From Vicugna vicugna (lineage: Eukaryota): 64,000 nt of DNA. A program made the position numbers and the translations under genes. The notes beneath the pieces were generated by a model. That model had not been told where the DNA came from. It searched no databases and saw only the letters and a list, made by a program, of their open reading frames with translations. Where the stretch lies: positions 160,820-224,819 of the forward strand of contig MU058433.1 in NCBI GenBank assembly GCA_013265495.1, given 5' to 3'. Shown one piece after another: positions 1 to 12,361 of the stretch (positions are counted from its first letter, which is position 1; each line of letters opens with the position of its first letter).

Positions 1-223
1 GGGAAGCGGCTCCAATTTTCCAGGGGGGGATAGAGACATTGGAGGCCAGATGCTATGTGCTGACAATATGGTGATGTTTAATGGGGAGTGACCAGCTGTC
101 TGGTTCATTGTCTCTCTCGCCAGTTTTCCACTTCACAACAGTCCTTCCCCTAAAGTGGGAGAAAATGTATTCCAGTCCTAATGTCTTTGATTACATTTGA
201 TATTACGATTTTTATCATTTCAG

Positions 224-250
224 AGCTGAGAGATGTGCAACGCTACTGGG
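224..250 (+). CDS. TRIM5: TRIM5-like copy A, exon 7 (27 nt; ELRDVQRYW)
   Basis: cag|AGCTGAGAGATGTGCAACGCTACTGGG|gtaagg; size and sequence match TRIM5 exon 7. Confidence 0.9.
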
Positions 251-471
251 GTAAGGAGAAATCACAGTGTCATCAAGCCACCCTCTTTTCATCAACTTTT
301 AGAGTCTTTCACTTTCTAGTAGGTCTCCTGTTTTAAGACCCATGTCTCCCCTCCCAACACACACAAACACAAACATATTTTCTTTCCCTTAAAGTTCTTC
401 TAAAGATCCCTTCCACGGCTTCACAAATAAAACTACATCATATCCCTCACAGTGCTGTTATTTTTCAACAG

Positions 472-1058
472 TTCCTGTGACCCTGACTCCTCCAGAGCGT
501 AAATCAAATGTTGTCATTTCTGCGGATGGAAGTCGAATGAGTTATGTGCATACTTTTGGACAATCCAATGCATATTTGAATGGTGATTTTCAAGACCCTG
601 GTGTCCTAGGCTCCCCATTTATTACAACAGGAAAACATTACTGGGAGGTAGATGTGTCACAGAAACGTGCCTGGATCCTTGGGGTATGTGATGAAAACCG
701 ACAGAGAAATTTTATGAGACTTTTATCCCAAGAACATGAAAATTATCAACCTGTTTGCTTGCAGTATCAACCTATATGTAGCTACTGTGTTATAGGGTTA
801 CAGAGTTACCAGTATTACGCATTTGCCCCGTCTCCCTCCTCTGATCCCTTAAAGATACCCCTCTCCCTGAGTGTTCCTCCCTGGCGTATTGGGGTTTTCC
901 TAGACTATGATGCTCGCACTGTCTCATTTTTCAATGTCACAAACAACGGGTCTCTCATCTATAAATTCTCTTCGTGTTCCTTTCCACAGAAACTGTATCC
1001 ATATTTCAATCTTATGAAGTGTGAGGCCTCTATGACTCTGTGCTCACCAGGCTCCTAA
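472..1058 (+). CDS. TRIM5: TRIM5-like copy A, terminal exon 8, intact B30.2/PRYSPRY domain
   Basis: Acceptor ttcaacag at 471; open frame with GKHYWEVDVS, AWILGV, RIGVFLDY, VSFFNVT, YPYFN, MTLCSPGS; the 5' exons lie upstream of the window. Confidence 0.92.
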
Positions 1059-1744
1059 ACTTTCTAACACTCACACCCACTTCTTTCTCCTGCCTCTTCT
1101 TGTGCGTGCATCTAATCCGCCTGAGCTCATTTGCACCATCCCTCCATTTTCCTTTCTCCCATCTATTTTTTTTCCATTTGAATGTTTTTCAATCATCAGT
1201 TAGGCTATTCAGCTGGCCTTGTGTCATATTTTTTGGTTCAATATCATGTCTCGATTAAGAGAAAATCTTAATTCATCATTTTCCATACCCCAAGAAAAAG
1301 TGCTTACTGCCATACAAAGAAGGAGCAGTCCTGATGGAACACCTCTGCAAATTTTTACAGCCTCATTTCCCTTGGCACTGACCAAGAAGAGGAAGGGATG
1401 CTTCTTAAAAACTTCATATATTATCAAAGCCCTTGTATTTACTTGTCATTACTAAAGTGTGATCCTGAGTGGTGTCTCAGATTACCTATATTGCCCCTTA
1501 CTCCCCAAGGAATTAAGGAGAAAATAGCACAAATAACATGTACTAAGAGTGGGAATTTTGTCTCCAGAGTATGTGACTTCAAGCCCTGTCTCTCCACATA
1601 TGAGCAGTGAAACCTTAATAACGTACTAGAACACTCTGTTCATTTTCTTAAAATGATCTTGGTATAAAAACTGCACCATATATAAGATCATTGTGAGTAG
1701 ATAAATGTTATTAATTATAAAGCATTTAAACTTCTCATCTTCAC

Positions 1745-1750
1745 AATAAA
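1745..1750 (+). terminator. Candidate polyadenylation signal of copy A
   Basis: AATAAA ~690 nt after the stop, conserved in copy B at 20886-20891. Confidence 0.5.
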
Positions 1751-1918
1751 TATTAGATCTGTTAGTTACTGAGAAATATAACCCGTGTCAGTGTCTCATT
1801 AAACTGGTTTGTGCCTTCAGAGGCACAAGGGTTGTTTTTACTGTCGTCTCATTTTCCAGATTCTTGATGCCTCTGTGCTGCTGACAAGACTACTCCAGCT
1901 CTCCCTGCCATGGAAAAC

Positions 1919-1960
1919 TGTGTGTGTGTGTGTGTGTGTGTGCGTGTGCGTGCGCATGTG
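1919..1960. repeat. (TG)n microsatellite
   Basis: tgtgtgtg...tgcgtgtgcg. Confidence 0.9.
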
Positions 1961-2372
1961 CACATTCTTTGCTTAGTAGTCATCCATGGAAACTGAAGGA
2001 AATCGAACTAAATTTTCCCTTTGATCTCTGTCTTCTTGTCACCCCATTGCTACAGTGACTGAGGTTCTGTCTCACTAGGAAAACTCTATACCCTTGAATT
2101 ATTGACAAATGACTCTCCAGGGACAATGATGGCTTTTCATTTGCTAGCATGCCCAGTCCTCCAGTTGAGGATGAAACACCCAGATATAAGAATTTGAAGC
2201 CCTGAGTTTTCGTATACAACAGAGAAACACCTGCACATCAAGGGGCATTCACTTTACAATAGAGACTCCTGGCCCCAGAAATGAAGCCCTCCGCTGAAAA
2301 CAGTAAGATATCTCCAAGTTGCTCCCAGTTCCAAATCCTCTTCTCAGTAAAATGCCATAGGTGTCCTGGAAT

Positions 2373-3670
2373 CTCTTCAATACTTGGTGCTGGGATAACT
2401 GGACAGCTACATGCAAGAGAATGACAACTGAACATTTCCTCACACCATGTAGATGAGTAAACTCAAAAGGGATTAAAGACCTAAATGTAAGCCCTGAAAC
2501 CATGAAACTCCTAGAAGTGGCCATAAGTAGGACACTCCTTGGTATAGACCTTGGCAATATATTTTTCGATCTGTCTCCTAAAACAAAAGAAAGAAAAGCA
2601 AAAAGAAGCAAAACCCAAAACAAATGGTCCCTAAGTAAACGTAAAAGATTTTGAGAAGCACAAATCATGGACACGATTAAAAGATACTTTACTGAATGGG
2701 AGAAAATATTTGCAAATGCTATGATCATTAAGGGGTTAATATCTAAACTTTATGAACAGCTCAAACAACTCAATATTTTAAAAAACCAAAGAATTCAATA
2801 AAAAATGGGCCAGAGACATGAATAGACTTTTTTCCAAACAAGGTACACAGAAGTTCTAAAGGCACGGGAAAAAATGTTCAACATTGCTAATCATTAGAAA
2901 ACTGCAAATCAAAGCCACAATGAGCTATTACCTCACGCATGTCTAGTTGGTTATCATCAAAAGGAAAATGGTTATCAGCAAATAACAAACGCTGGTGAGG
3001 ATGCGGACAAAAGGGAACCTGAGAACAATGCTGATGGGGCTTTCAATTGGTGCAGCCACAATGGAAACAGTGCGGAGGATCTTCAAAACATTTAAAGTGA
3101 AATACTGTACGATCCAGCAATCCCACTCCTGAGCTTATATAGCTAAGAAAAGCACAACACTAACTTGAAAAGACACATATACCCCAATGTTCACAGCAGT
3201 ATTATTTACAACTGCCAAGAGATGGAAGCAACCTAAGTTTCCGAGCAGGTGAATGGGTGTAGAAGTTGTGGAATATGCACAAAGGAATATTACTTACCTT
3301 CAAAAGGAATGAAGTCTTGCCATTTGCAACAACATCAGTTATCTGAAGTCCATTATGCTTAGTGAAATAAGTCAGACAGTAATCAACAAATACTCTTTGT
3401 TATCACTTACAAGTGGAGCCTGAAAATTCAATCAAAGTTACATGACGAAACAGAAGCAGACTGACAGATACAGGGAACAACTGGTGGCAAAACGGAGGAG
3501 CAGGAAGGAGGGAGGGAGAAGATGTGCATATGGGACCAAGAGACACCAACTGCTATGTGTAAAGTGAATACGGTACAAGGATATACTGTACAGCACAGGC
3601 AAGTATGGCCGTTGTTCTGCAGTAACTCTAAATGGAGTATCATCTCTTAAAATCTTGACTATGTGAAACT
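2373..3670 (+). mobile_element. LINE-1 3' part (ORF2 end and 3'UTR), degenerate
   Basis: ctcttcaa..ggtgctggga..actggacagc, aaagacctaaatgtaag, ccagcaatcccactcct, cttagtgaaataagtcag motifs. Confidence 0.9.
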
Positions 3671-3699
3671 TGAATACTGAGACAGCCTTCTTGACCTAG

Positions 3700-5095
3700 C
3701 TCCTCCCAGCTGTGCTCCTGTCCCATGTGGAACCTGTGTCTCTAAGGGATCTCAGATGGATGCCAGGAAAGAGCCCACCATCCCGGTGATGACAGTGGCT
3801 CTGGCAGAAACAAGGCAGCAACCACCGTGGTGGCACATGAAGCTACACTGAAAGCATGGAGGCACCTCTTACAGAGCTGGTGCAGGCTGGAAAGTGCCAA
3901 CTCAACCACAGCCAGAGGGAGCGCAGGTAAGAGACATCCAAAACTTCTGTGATATCTTCACCTACTGGAAAACCAACCAAAGGAGTCTCACTCCTAACCT
4001 GTCATTTAATTTCATATGCACAGACAGAGAAAAATTCATTCACTGAATCACCATGCTGTTCACCAGCACCAGAAACCAGCACAACATTGGAAATCAACTA
4101 TACTTCAATCAGAAAGAATCATGAAGAACCAGAATAACGCTACTTGACAAAAGGAAAATGCCAATTTTCCAGAAATCAAACTGAAAGTCATGGAACATTT
4201 TGGTCTAACCGATAGAGGACTCAAAGAGATACAGCAAAACTCACTCAGGCAGTCTAAAGAGCTCAGGAATACAATTAAAGTTCTGAAGGAAAACCTTCCC
4301 AACGAGGATGAAACTCTAAAACAGAATCGAACAAATTCTGGAGCTGAAGAACACCAAAACTGGGAAGGAGAACACGTTAGAAAGCATTGAAAGTAGAGCA
4401 GACCAGATGGAGAGGGAATGCATGAGCCCGCACGTTGAAATCTAGAAATGATATGAGTAGAAGAGGAGAGAGAAATAAGACATAAAAATGAGTTAATTTC
4501 CGAGGACTATCGGACTCTTTTAGGAAGGGCACCATTAGGGTAATGGGTATCCCAGAAGGAGCAAAGGGACAAAAGGGAGCAGAGAGATTTTAAAGAAATA
4601 ATAGCTGTGAGCTCCCCAAACCTGGGGAAGGAACTGGATATACACTGTGCCCATGCACCTGAGAGAACACTTAATGACCGCATTGCAAAAAGGCCCTTTC
4701 CAGGACACAAGATACTAAACTTGTCAAAAGTCTGTCACAAAGTCAGTTTTAACGGCAGCAAGTGTAAACAGCATGCTCAGATACAAAGGAACCTCGGTTA
4801 GACCATCAGCAGATTTTTCAGCAGAAACCCAGCAGGCCAGGAGGGAGTGGAACGACATTCTCAAAATAGTGAAGGGCAAAAACCATCACCGAAGAATACG
4901 CTATCCATCAAAGGTATCATTCAGATAGGAAGGAAAAATAAAGACTTTCCCAATCAAAAGCCGAGGGAGTGGATGAACCCTAGACCCCCTCTTACAAGAG
5001 ACTTGATAGAATTTTCCTACCAAAACAAAATTGCAAAAATACACAACACTTAGAGAAAAGTGTTAAGTAGACAGAACCAGAATATTACAAAAGCC
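3700..5095 (+). mobile_element. Degenerate L1 (or HAL1-like) 5'/ORF1 region, with a short L1 3'-end insert at ~4030-4110
   Basis: ORF1-like motifs: cagaaggag..agaga, gaaataatagctg, tcagcagatttttcagcagaaacc, ataaagactttccc. Confidence 0.7.
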
Positions 5096-5290
5096 ATTAT
5101 CCTTCTGTCATTGACTTACTCCTCTTGTCTCTCCCATTTCCTCTTTTTAACAATGAATGTTAATGTTTTGTTTGTTGTAAATCTCTGCACCATCAGTATC
5201 CTTTCTCTGCCTGCCTTAATTTTCCTCTGCTCTGTGCACATGCAATGTTTCACTACCCACCATCACCTCAGGCATTCTGCCACAAACATA

Positions 5291-5358
5291 AGAAAAAAAT
5301 TTGTCTAGCGAAAGAGTTACTTGAATAAATAATGTAGGTTAAATCCCTTTTATTTTTA
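5291..5358 (+). pseudogene. mt-tRNA-Ile pseudogene (in NUMT)
   Basis: tgtctagcgaaagagttactt..taaataatgtaggttaaatccc; anticodon arm partly deleted. Confidence 0.75.
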
Positions 5359-5427
5359 GAATTGTAGAAATGGAACCTATCCATACAAAGTCAACTTTCT
5401 CAGTGTATCATATTATATCATATTCTA
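5357..5427 (-). pseudogene. mt-tRNA-Gln pseudogene (in NUMT)
   Basis: Position between Ile and Met; tagaa...ttcta ends. Confidence 0.65.
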
Positions 5428-5428
5428 G

Positions 5429-5497
5429 AGTAAGGTCAACCAAGTAGGCTACTAAACCCATATCCAGAAAATCTTGGTTTATAGCCTTCCCATGCCA
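5429..5497 (+). pseudogene. mt-tRNA-Met pseudogene (in NUMT)
   Basis: agtaaggtca..cccatatccagaaaatcttggtttatagccttccc. Confidence 0.85.
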
Positions 5498-6303
5498 AAA
5501 AATCCCATAGTTTTAGTATCATTCTACTAACCATCATCTCAGGAACCATAATTGTAATAATACGCTCACACTGATTACGATTTTGAATTGGCTTCAGAAT
5601 AAATATACTATCTATTATCTCTGTCCTACTAAAAATACTTACTCCATGAGCCACAGAAACATCGAGCAAATTATTTTAACGCAAGCTACCATGTCGACAT
5701 TCCTATAATTGCTATCATTATTAATTTAGTATATTCAAATCAATGAACAATTTCCCAAAGCATTTACTACAACAGTAACCACCATCAAAATGGTAGCCGT
5801 TATCATAAAGTTAGGACTTTCCTCATTCCACGTGTGAGTGACCAAAGTTAAACATAATCCACGAAGAGCAGGCCTAATCCTATGAACAGGACAAAAACTT
5901 TCAGCAATATCAGTTTATTTCAAATCTCATTATTCGTCAGCATAAGCGTGATACTAACCATAGTCATATTATCCATCCTAATCAGAGCTGGAGATGGACT
6001 TAACCAAGCCCAGCTAGGAAAAATCATAACCTATTCATCAGTTGACATATAGGATAAATGGCAGCTATTATAATATGGCATTTAACCACAATAATTCTAA
6101 ACATTGATTTCCAGTGTAATAACACTCGCTCTCTTTATGTTATTCATGTGCAATTCCTCTACCATAATATTATCGCTGGTGCGCAGGTGAAATACACTGT
6201 TTGGCACACAGCTTTAGAAATTGCACAGTTCAGCTGAGTCATTGGATTATTCTCATAGTTCAGCCCTGTCACTTAACAGAGAATTTCAGAAATTTTTCAT
6301 TAC

Positions 6304-6800
6304 TGTATTACTCAGAGATCTTCAGAGAAATAGAATCTCTATCTATTAGCTAGCTAGCTAGCTATCCACCCTCATCATATACATTGGAAGGTGCCCTATT
6401 ATAAGGAGGAGGCTCATATAATCATAGAGGCTGAGAAGTTCCAGATCTGCCGTCTGCAAGGTGCAGACCCAGTAACTCAGTCCAAGTCGGGAAGCTTCAG
6501 ACCGGGAGTCTCTATGACATAAGTGTCCGTCTCAGGACGGGAGAAGACCCGCGGAAGCAGAAGCAGGCAGGCAGGAACAAAAAGAACAAGTTCTTCCTTC
6601 TTGCACAGTTGTGTTCTTTTCAGGCCTCAACAAATTGGATGATACCCATCCACGCCACGGAAAGCCAGCTGTGTTACTGAGTCCACAGATCCCATTCTAA
6701 TCTCGACTGGAAACAACACTTTCACAGACACACGCAGAAGGAATGTCTAAACTGGGCACCCAGTGACCAGTCTAGTTGTCTTATAGTAATAACCGTCACA
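6304..6800 (-). mobile_element. ERVL LTR, MLT2-like
   Basis: tgtatt...aaccgtcaca termini; gaggctgagaagttcca, ttactgagtccac, cagacacac motifs. Confidence 0.8.
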
Positions 6801-7329
6801 CGAATTCCCTGGATTCATTTTTCTCATGTTGATCATAGGCGTTACATGGGAAACAATGTCAGATGACATTGCCCAACAAATGATCCCTCCGAGGGTTTCA
6901 TCTCTTGCAGCTTATTTAGGAAAAGTACCATTTTGGCCATAGTGAATCCACGTTCTGAAAGGCAGCATCAGTGTTCTAGCGCTCTGTGATAGCCCCTGTG
7001 ACTGGCCGCCGGAGAAATGTCAGATTTGGAGAAACTTCCTCTAACGTGTCTTAACAGTGCACGCTGGACGGGTTCATTTAGTTTAGCTGGAAGACACTGG
7101 ACAGGAGAGCGCGTCCAGTAGGTGAGCCCTCAGTGGGGCGTCTTCACTGTGGTAAAGGAGAACTTCCTCTCTCCTCCTGACGGGTCATTTGTAAGCAAAC
7201 TAGACAGGGTGGATGCGTGTGATATGACATGGCTTAGGCTAGCCGACTTCTTCAAAGCATGGATTAGTTTGAAGAGCCATGAGAACACAGGAGACAGGAA
7301 TAAAAATACATTCCCTGGCCCAGCAGGCT

Positions 7330-7680
7330 CAGGCACAAAAGCCTTGTCATTTCCAGGGGGCGCTGTGAGGAGGCCTCCCACTGGTCTAGGGTCACTTCTC
7401 ATTTCCTGCTTGTACTCCACCCACAAGACTTTACTTTCATCTTACAGCTTCTTCTAAGGGGAATCTTCTTGGCGAAGATCAGGCCCCTGGTTTGGTGAGT
7501 GAATGCTGAACACATGTGCCCAGGCCCTGTCTTCACCCTTCCCTAAGGAATCACAACTTCTGCACTGGAGAGTGAAGATACTGGAGTGTTTGGTGAAGGG
7601 CTGGTTTCGAGAGACACGGAAGGAGAAACTGAAACTGTTTGGGTGAGTTTAAGTTGCATTTCTTGGAAGCTGTTCTAAAG
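7330..7680 (+). promoter_or_regulatory. Candidate TRIM5 copy B promoter / non-coding exon 1
   Basis: ISRE GAAACTGAAACT 7625-7636; ETS/IRF-like ACTTCTCATTTCCTG ~7394; NF-kB-like GGGGAATCTT 7458; donor TG|GTGAGT at 7494/7495; ~4.8 kb upstream of exon 2. Confidence 0.5.
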
Positions 7681-8394
7681 AGGGAAAAGGCTGGGCCTGC
7701 AGGCTTCCTGCTGAGAGTGAAGATGAGACTGGGGCAGGGGGAGTCTTAGAAGAAGCGGGGTTGGAAGAAGTAAAAGGCTTTGCTTGTTCCTTGGAGGGAC
7801 TGTTTGTTCCTCCAGGGTGAGTCTACACACGCCTCCGCCCCATTTTATAATTTTGAAAGCATCTTGCTGAGGACACAAGAATACCTGATTTTTCAGAGCT
7901 AGAATGTCCTTTCCCTCAACAAGGACAATTGCCCAAAGATCAGTTCCCTGGTTTGGTGAGTGAATGCTGAACACATGTGCCCAGGCCCTGTCTTCACCCT
8001 TCCGTAAGGAATCACAACTTCTGCACTGGAGAGTGAAGATACTCGAGGGTTTTGTGACGGGCAGATTTTGACAGACACAGAAAGAGAAACTGAGTCTGCT
8101 TTGGTGAGTTTTACTTGCTTTCTGGAAGCCATCCTAAAGAGGGAAAAGGCTGGGCCTGCAGGCTTCCTGCTGAGAGTGAAGATGAGACTGGGGCAGGGGG
8201 AGTCTTAGAAGAAGCGGGGTTGGAAGAAGTAAAAGGCTTTGCTTGTTCCTTGGAGGGACTGTTTGTTCCTCCAGGGTGAGTCTACACACGCCTCCGCCCC
8301 ATTTTATAATTTTGAAAGCATCTTGCTGAGGACACAAGAATACCTGATTTCTCAGAGCTAGAATGTCCTTTCCCTCAACAAGGACAATTGCCCA
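7475..8394 (+). repeat. Tandem duplication, 2 x ~460 bp
   Basis: 7475-7935 aligns to 7936-8394. Confidence 0.95.
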
Positions 8395-10132
8395 GGGGTC
8401 TTTTAGTCGTAATTGTTTAATGCTTATCAGAGCAACAGTGTAGTGTTTCTGCCTGACTCTGGAGAAATTCTCATGACCTCGGCCTGTCTGTGCTCAGGAG
8501 CCTGGTGCTGTGACAGCTGGCAGGCTCTGAGCCTCTCTGTGTTCTCTCCTCCAGACCCAGGGAACCACTGCACTTCCTTAGTCGCTAACCTGCTCACCCC
8601 TCTGCCTGAGCCATAACTGTCACCCAGAAACAGAGCTCAGCTGAGAGGTCGGGAGCAAGAGAGGCACTTAGGAAGAACATCCAGAAGGGACGTCTGTTCT
8701 AACTTTTAATAAACCAAAGGAGTTACCCGACTGGGGTTGATGATATACAAAGATGTCAGAAGAAACAGAATTATAACAACATCATGAGACTCAAAAGGGA
8801 AGGATGTGAGAGAAGCCTCTGTGTTTCCTCCCCCTCCTCCGTTCTATGGGCAGAACAGCTGCACCCACCTAACTCGGCCAAATCTCTCTTCTCACCACGA
8901 CTTCCCCTGATCTGACCAAACCTTCCTTCATCAAGGATTACTCTGCAGATGATCCCTTGGCTGTGAATTCCTTGACCCCTTCTCAGCATCAGTCGGTGTT
9001 AGACAGTTGTCTTTTGAACTCGCACAGTGCACTTTAGTCAGGCCAATTATTACAGGACTTTAGAACTGATTTATTACTTTACTGCTTCACGTTTCATTTT
9101 ACTAGTGTTGTCAGGAGTTTATGTGAAACAAAATTAGATGACTGCCTAGAAGGTAAAACATTGCACGACTTCCCTTTCTGATTCTATTTGGGAAAAGGAA
9201 CGTTTTCTCTTATACCATCCATGAGTTGTGGCTTTATCGTGATTAGACAACCTGTTTTACTACAGTCACAAGAGAAGAAAGTTCTTTCTGTGAACTTACT
9301 TTGTGGACTTTTACATAATAATTGTCTTTTTAAGTCCTTTAAGCTTGTTTAGGAGTTGTCTCTGCGATATATTGAGTTTGCAATCACATGAGCTCAGATG
9401 TCAGAAGAAAAGCTTGCTGACACCATGGCAGCCATGTGACCTGATGTTTCATCAGACAGATGCCACTCACGTTCCCACGTCCACCTCCCTGACTGCTGGG
9501 GAGCCCTTGGGTCACTGCTTAGGTAGTGGGGGGGGGGTCATCCTTCATGTGTGAGGACCTGTTCCTTCTGTGTGTGTTGTGCTGCAGCTGCTTTGACAGT
9601 AGCTCCTTGGAGCCCTGCAGGGAAAATAAATTCTGCAACCCCATGGCAGAATCCAGACTCTGTTCTCCCTCCTCCGTAGGTTCTTGGCTCATCTCAGCAT
9701 TGGTTGGATCCTGAATGGGATGAGAAATAAACAGAGGCCCACCACCATATTTGGACAACAGCTTGAGTCATGATCTGATATAATGTCTACCTCTCATCTT
9801 GTTACTCATTAGCTAGATCTTTGCCACCTTTGGCAAACTGCACACGGCCTCTTGGCTATTTTCAGTTTCTGTACCTTCATCTGGGTTGCATTTACAGTTC
9901 ACCTTCAGCCTCCTTCTGTATCAAGTGTTCTTCATGCATGATGAACATGGCGTAAGTGTGGAGTTTCAGCAGGTCTACATTTATCTCTGGGCAGCTTTAT
10001 AGCTTCTCCCTCCCTTTTGCAGAGTAAAGGGAAACTTATTGTTTGTTTCATACTGGCGGTCTTTCTTTTCCCATCAAATGCTGACAACCATCAAGACATG
10101 TTTATTGCTTCACGGCCCCATTTGCCTAGAGT

Positions 10133-10558
10133 AGCTACAGAGCTCCCGAGCCTGGACTACGAGCACGGGCCATGCTGAGTCCAGGTTGAAGAAGGAGCAT
10201 CACTCTGCTATCACTCTGCGATGCTCCCTCTGACTGACCACCAGGAGTGGTTTCCAGACTGGACCACCCATGGCACGCACACAGCCTCATAGGACATAAA
10301 CTGCCAGGTTCACTTAGCTTAGCTGGGAGTTTCAGGACAGGGGAAAGCTACAGAGCTCCCGAGCCTGGACTACGAGCACCGGGCCATGCTGAGTCCAGGT
10401 TGAAGAAGGAGCATCACTCTGCTAGCACTCCGCGATGCTCCCTCTGACTGACCACCAGGAGTGGTTTCCAGACTGGACCACCCATGGCACGCACACAGCC
10501 TCATAGGACATAAACTGCCAGGTTCACTTAGCTTAGCTGGGAGTTTCAGGACAGGGGA
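10133..10558 (+). repeat. Tandem duplication, 2 x ~213 bp
   Basis: 10133-10345 aligns to 10346-10558 with about 3 differences. Confidence 0.95.
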
Positions 10559-10961
10559 CACAGCACTGGATGGCTGGCTCAGGTGCACTCTTGGAGGTGG
10601 CCCTTACAGTGGTCCAGGAGGTACATTATCCCCATTATCTCAGCTGTTTAAGGAACCAGACTAGGTGAATATGTGTGTGAAACTACCCAGGGGACATAAA
10701 CCTGTGGCTTATCTGCTTACCTTGTAAAGGTTATGAGCAGCAGCTTCCAGGGAACCAAAAGAGACATATCTGAACATACCAGTCCCAGCCCCCCTGTGAA
10801 TACGGTACCTATGCCTCCCTGTGCCATTTCAGCTCTGTGTAAAGCCTTCCTAACCAAACGCACTTTATAGGTCAGGATAGTTTTCCTGTCAATAATGTGA
10901 CCTTAAGAGGCTGCCAACCTCCACTTTGTTGTAACCCAGGAGGTTTCCCAGAAAAACAGCA

Positions 10962-10963
<2 letters not shown>

Positions 10964-11002
<39 letters not shown>
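10964..11002. repeat. (CA)n microsatellite
   Basis: About 19 perfect AC units. Confidence 0.95.
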
Positions 11003-11005
<3 letters not shown>

Positions 11006-12361
11006 GAGAAGAATAAGCCAACATTGTCTTTATAGGAAGAAAGACCCCAGGCCTGATGTTAGTCCTTTGTTCCCACACGTCTAAGCCAATCCCCAGTCCT
11101 GCACGTTTCCCTCCTCCTGCGCTCACTCCCATCTGCTGCCTCCATTGTCTTCACCACCCGGCCCCTCATCATCGCTCCCCGGAGCCCCTGTGCAGACATC
11201 CCACCTGAGCCTCCCAGGTCCACGCTGGGTCCATCTGACAGCTCACAGCTCCAGTGCGCAGCTCGCTGTGCCCCCACTCTTCTCTGACGGGGAAACATGG
11301 GTCATTGTCCTTGCTCTTGGAAATGGGTCCCTAAATGTTATGTAATTTAGGAAGTGTCATATTTATGTCACTGTAGTTCTTGTGCGACCAAAGGCAGCAC
11401 TTTTCTGCTCACCAGCCACACGGACACTTGCAACCTCAGAACAGATGCTCTGTGTTCCAGGAACAGCTCATTTCCTCTCCCTAATGCATTTTCCCTCTCT
11501 CTCATGCCATGTTTCCTTCCTCTGCTTGAGCTTTCAGTTCAACCCTTGTGTTTACAATTTGGAATTCTTGGACAATCCCTTGTTTTCCCCCATTATGTGA
11601 TTTCTGAACAACATGCATCTCTAGTATTTTTTACATCTGCTTTTTCACATCTACATGTATGTATATGTGACTGAATTTTAATTTGCCATTAATTCCAAGT
11701 GAATTTCCAGTTCATCGTGTCTTAAATCCTCTGTTTAGACTCATTTTTCTGATTATGGCTACTAGGCCAGTTGCTAGGGTGTAAGTCACCATCAAGGAGA
11801 ATTAGCTGAAGGATTTTGCCTAGTACTTTGTGGATTTTTCTCAAGGCTGACATTCATTTCACCTGTGTTTCTATGTTTTTAGGTATGTGACTTCTGTGAT
11901 CCTATGAGTATACCTATACCATCTGCATCCCGTCCATCCTTATACTTATATACACACACCAACATATACAGACACACACACACACACATGCTTAGTCTCC
12001 TGTCAATCTCCTTGACAGAATTCCAGGCTTATACATGAATCTTGGTAGAAAAGTATCACATCATCCTTTTGTTAAGTATAATTAAATAATAAGAATTATG
12101 AACTGAGGGTAAAGTGTTTAAAATTATTATGAAATGTCTTTTTTAACAGGTTAGCAAGCTCCTTCCATTTTTGTGTTTCTTTTTTGTATGTTTCTTCTGG
12201 CTTTCAATAATTTGGTCTTTGCACTCTTTGATTTCTACACAATTAATACCGCGTTCTCTGTACCTTTCTCTGCTGCCTTTCAATATTCCCAATCATGCAG
12301 GGATCTGTGAGTACGAGAACCCTTAGAAATCAGGACGGGTGGAAACAGGGGAGCGGCTGGC

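Larger units (their letters stand above)
1..1932 (+). repeat. Young segmental duplication unit (paralogous to 19146-21072)
   Basis: Direct alignment at offset ~19,145; intron 6 portion differs at about 1 of 220 nt. Confidence 0.95.
5225..6195 (+). pseudogene. NUMT: mitochondrial ND1 3' end, tRNA-Ile, tRNA-Gln, tRNA-Met, ND2 (5' ~700 nt)
   Basis: Mitochondrial gene order; agtaaggtca tRNA-Met start at 5429; ND2 motifs resembling MKLGLSPFHFWVPEV and GGLNQTQLRKIMAYSS; many indels and stops. Confidence 0.93.

Noticed and set aside
5291..5497. Functional tRNA genes
   Set aside because: Decayed mitochondrial copies with broken stems
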